Program-made: the position numbers and the translations under genes
Notes under the pieces: generated by a model
Databases searched by the model: none
Told to the model about the DNA's origin: nothing
Seen by the model: only the letters and a program-made list of their open reading frames with translations
In this document: one piece after another, positions 62,089 through 64,000 of the stretch
Layout: every line of letters starts with the position of its first letter
Numbering within the stretch: the first letter of the stretch is position 1
NCBI GenBank assembly: GCA_963733035.1
Contig: CAVTBU010000006.1
Span: forward strand, 800,001-864,000
Reading direction: 5' to 3'
DNA length: 64,000 nucleotides
DNA from: Pirellulales bacterium
GTDB taxonomy: Bacteria; Planctomycetota; Planctomycetia; Pirellulales; PALSA-1355

Positions 62089-62691
62089 ATGTCGGTCGCG
62101 GATCGTCCCAGTTCCAAGCTGCCACATTCAATCGCCGAGTTCCTGATTCGGCGGCGCATTCTGATTTCCGCGGTGCTGTTTGCGCTGCTCATCGCTCAGG
62201 ATGTGGCTTACGGTCCGAAACCACACGACGTGACCGATTTTCGTGATCCCCTGAGTGTGCTGGGAGTTGTTTTGGTCGTTGTAGGAGTTGGCTTGCGCTC
62301 TTGGTCGGCGGGTATTCTTCGCAAGAATGCCGAGCTAACGATGACCGGTCCCTACGGTTTGATTCGAAATCCACTGTATCTTGGCTCGTTTATGATGATG
62401 TTCGGATTCTGCGCCTTGCTGTCCAATCCGACGAACTTTCTGGTCATCCTCGGTCCAGTACTTTTGATCTACCTAGTCCAAGTGCGGCAAGAAGAGAAGC
62501 TGTTGGCCGATCGATTTCCGGAGCAGTGGGCGGTGTATTCAAAGACCACGCCCCGATTTCTCCCCGGCTTTCGCATTCCGAATCTCGCGGCGCCGTGGAG
62601 TTTTTCTCAGTGGGTACGACATCGCGAGTACCAGGCCGTGTTGACGTCGGCAGCAGCTCTTGCGGCGCTCAAGCTGTGGCACGCGATGTAG
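62089..62691 (+). CDS. Isoprenylcysteine carboxyl methyltransferase/PEMT family protein
   Basis: LTMTGPYGLIRNPLYLG, EEKLL..F and Y..TPRF. Confidence 0.85.
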   Translation: MSVADRPSSKLPHSIAEFLIRRRILISAVLFALLIAQDVAYGPKPHDVTDFRDPLSVLGVVLVVVGVGLRSWSAGILRKNAELTMTGPYGLIRNPLYLGSFMMMFGFCALLSNPTNFLVILGPVLLIYLVQVRQEEKLLADRFPEQWAVYSKTTPRFLPGFRIPNLAAPWSFSQWVRHREYQAVLTSAAALAALKLWHAM

Positions 62692-62729
62692 GCGCGACGA
62701 GGGTCGGGGGGGGAGGACATTTCGGCTCG

Positions 62730-63911
62730 ATGCGTTTGCTCACCCGGTATGTCCTTCGCGAAATTTCCCTGATCTTTCTTGTGACGTTGTTCGCGCTGAC
62801 CACGTTTATGTTACTAGTCGGCGCCGTACAGGTGGCGATTCAACAAGGATTGGGCGCCAAGCAGATCGTATTGATCCTGCCGTTCCTCTTGCCGCAGGCG
62901 CTGATGTTTGCCATTCCCGGCACGATCCTGTTCGCCGTCTCCATGGTGTACGGGCGGATGTCGGCCTTCAATGAACTGGTAGCGCTCAAGTCGCTGGGGA
63001 TTAGTCCGATGGCGGTGGTTTGGCCGGCATTGGCGCTGGCCACATTGCTTAGCTTCTGGACCGTGTGGCTCAACGACCTGGCCATGAATTGGGGCTACTA
63101 CGGGGTTCAGCAGGTCGTCGTCGACTCGGCCGAAGAAATCGCTTACAGCGTGCTCCGTACGCAAAAAACGTTCAAAAGCGATGCTTTTGAGGTTACCGTG
63201 CGCGACGTCGTGGGACGCGATCTAGTCGATCCGCGATTCCGCATGCCAGCCGGCGATCACGGCGAGATGTTCGATATCGCCGCCAAAACGGCGCAAATTC
63301 GTTCCGTACCCGGTACCGGAAAGCTCACGTTGGTGTTGTACGATACGATCATCGACGGACCGAATAACACGCACGGCGAGTATCCGAACGAAGTGATCGA
63401 GCGCGAGGTCGTGATCAAGGCCAATCACGGGAAAGACCCGTCACCCTCGCATCTCGCGTTGCGAGAGATACCGGATGCGGTGATTCGGCAGCGCGAGCTC
63501 ATCGAGGAATTGGGCGAGCGGATGGTCGCGCGGGCCGGATTACAGATCCTTGAGGGGGAATTTGACGGTATTTCGACGGTTGCCTGGAAGGATGAAGCCA
63601 AGAACCTGCAATTTCAAAAATACCAACTCTATCGAATGTTGACCGAGCCGCCGCGACGCTGGGCCAACGGTTTTAGCTGCCTCTGCTTCGCGCTTGTCGG
63701 CACGGCGATGGCGATACGCATGCGAAACGCCGACGTCCTGACAAGCTTCGCGCTTTGCTTCTTTCCCATTCTACTGGTCTATTATCCGCTGTTGGCTTTC
63801 GGGCTCGATCGTGCAAAAGCCGGCGAGATTCACCCCTACGCCGTGTGGCTGGCTAACAGCATTCTGGTTCTCTGGGGTCTCTATCTGTTACGCCGCGTGA
63901 TTCGCTACTGA
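62730..63911 (+). CDS. LptF/LptG family permease
   Basis: LLTRYVLRE, YGRMSAFNELVALKSLGISP and AVWLAN. Confidence 0.88.
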   Translation: MRLLTRYVLREISLIFLVTLFALTTFMLLVGAVQVAIQQGLGAKQIVLILPFLLPQALMFAIPGTILFAVSMVYGRMSAFNELVALKSLGISPMAVVWPALALATLLSFWTVWLNDLAMNWGYYGVQQVVVDSAEEIAYSVLRTQKTFKSDAFEVTVRDVVGRDLVDPRFRMPAGDHGEMFDIAAKTAQIRSVPGTGKLTLVLYDTIIDGPNNTHGEYPNEVIEREVVIKANHGKDPSPSHLALREIPDAVIRQRELIEELGERMVARAGLQILEGEFDGISTVAWKDEAKNLQFQKYQLYRMLTEPPRRWANGFSCLCFALVGTAMAIRMRNADVLTSFALCFFPILLVYYPLLAFGLDRAKAGEIHPYAVWLANSILVLWGLYLLRRVIRY

Positions 63912-64000
63912 GCCACTCCGGCGATGGCTAAACCCCAACGCGTTTCCAACCGCCGTGCACAAATCGCACGCCCACGAGCAAGCAGCGCAGCAGTAAATCG

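Overview
High-GC bacterial DNA, most likely a planctomycete (Pirellulales-like), inferred from a BBP7-type barrel, a planctomycete cytochrome c domain, PEP-CTERM proteins and prenyltransferase/TPR/ExbBD clusters. Positions 1-37 kb are mostly housekeeping: rne/rng, a PTS/hpf cluster, parA, an ABC exporter, msrA, MscS, an ECF sigma, an S1-domain protein, dprA, aroB, nagB, rplM-rpsI and pnt. Anomalies in that part are an in-frame TGA in ptsI, a pnt operon apparently split by a ~3.7-kb inversion, a perfect 26-bp inverted repeat and several single-base frameshifts that look like long-read errors. The most striking region is ~40.8-46.7 kb. It carries two different HUH/Y1 (RAYT/TnpA-REP-like) transposase genes, each with its own AAAGGGGAC-type end. 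One is bounded by terminal inverted repeats and preceded by nested tandem restarts from the same outer end. Truncated remnants of GNAT, IS3, IS110, nucleoside-deoxyribosyltransferase and toxin-like genes surround these ends. Positions 47.6-64 kb hold gpx, tandem TIM-barrel isomerases, a porin, an ExbB-ExbD-ExbD-prenyltransferase-TPR operon, an ICMT-like methyltransferase and LptF/G. All calls come from motif recognition by eye; no searches were run.
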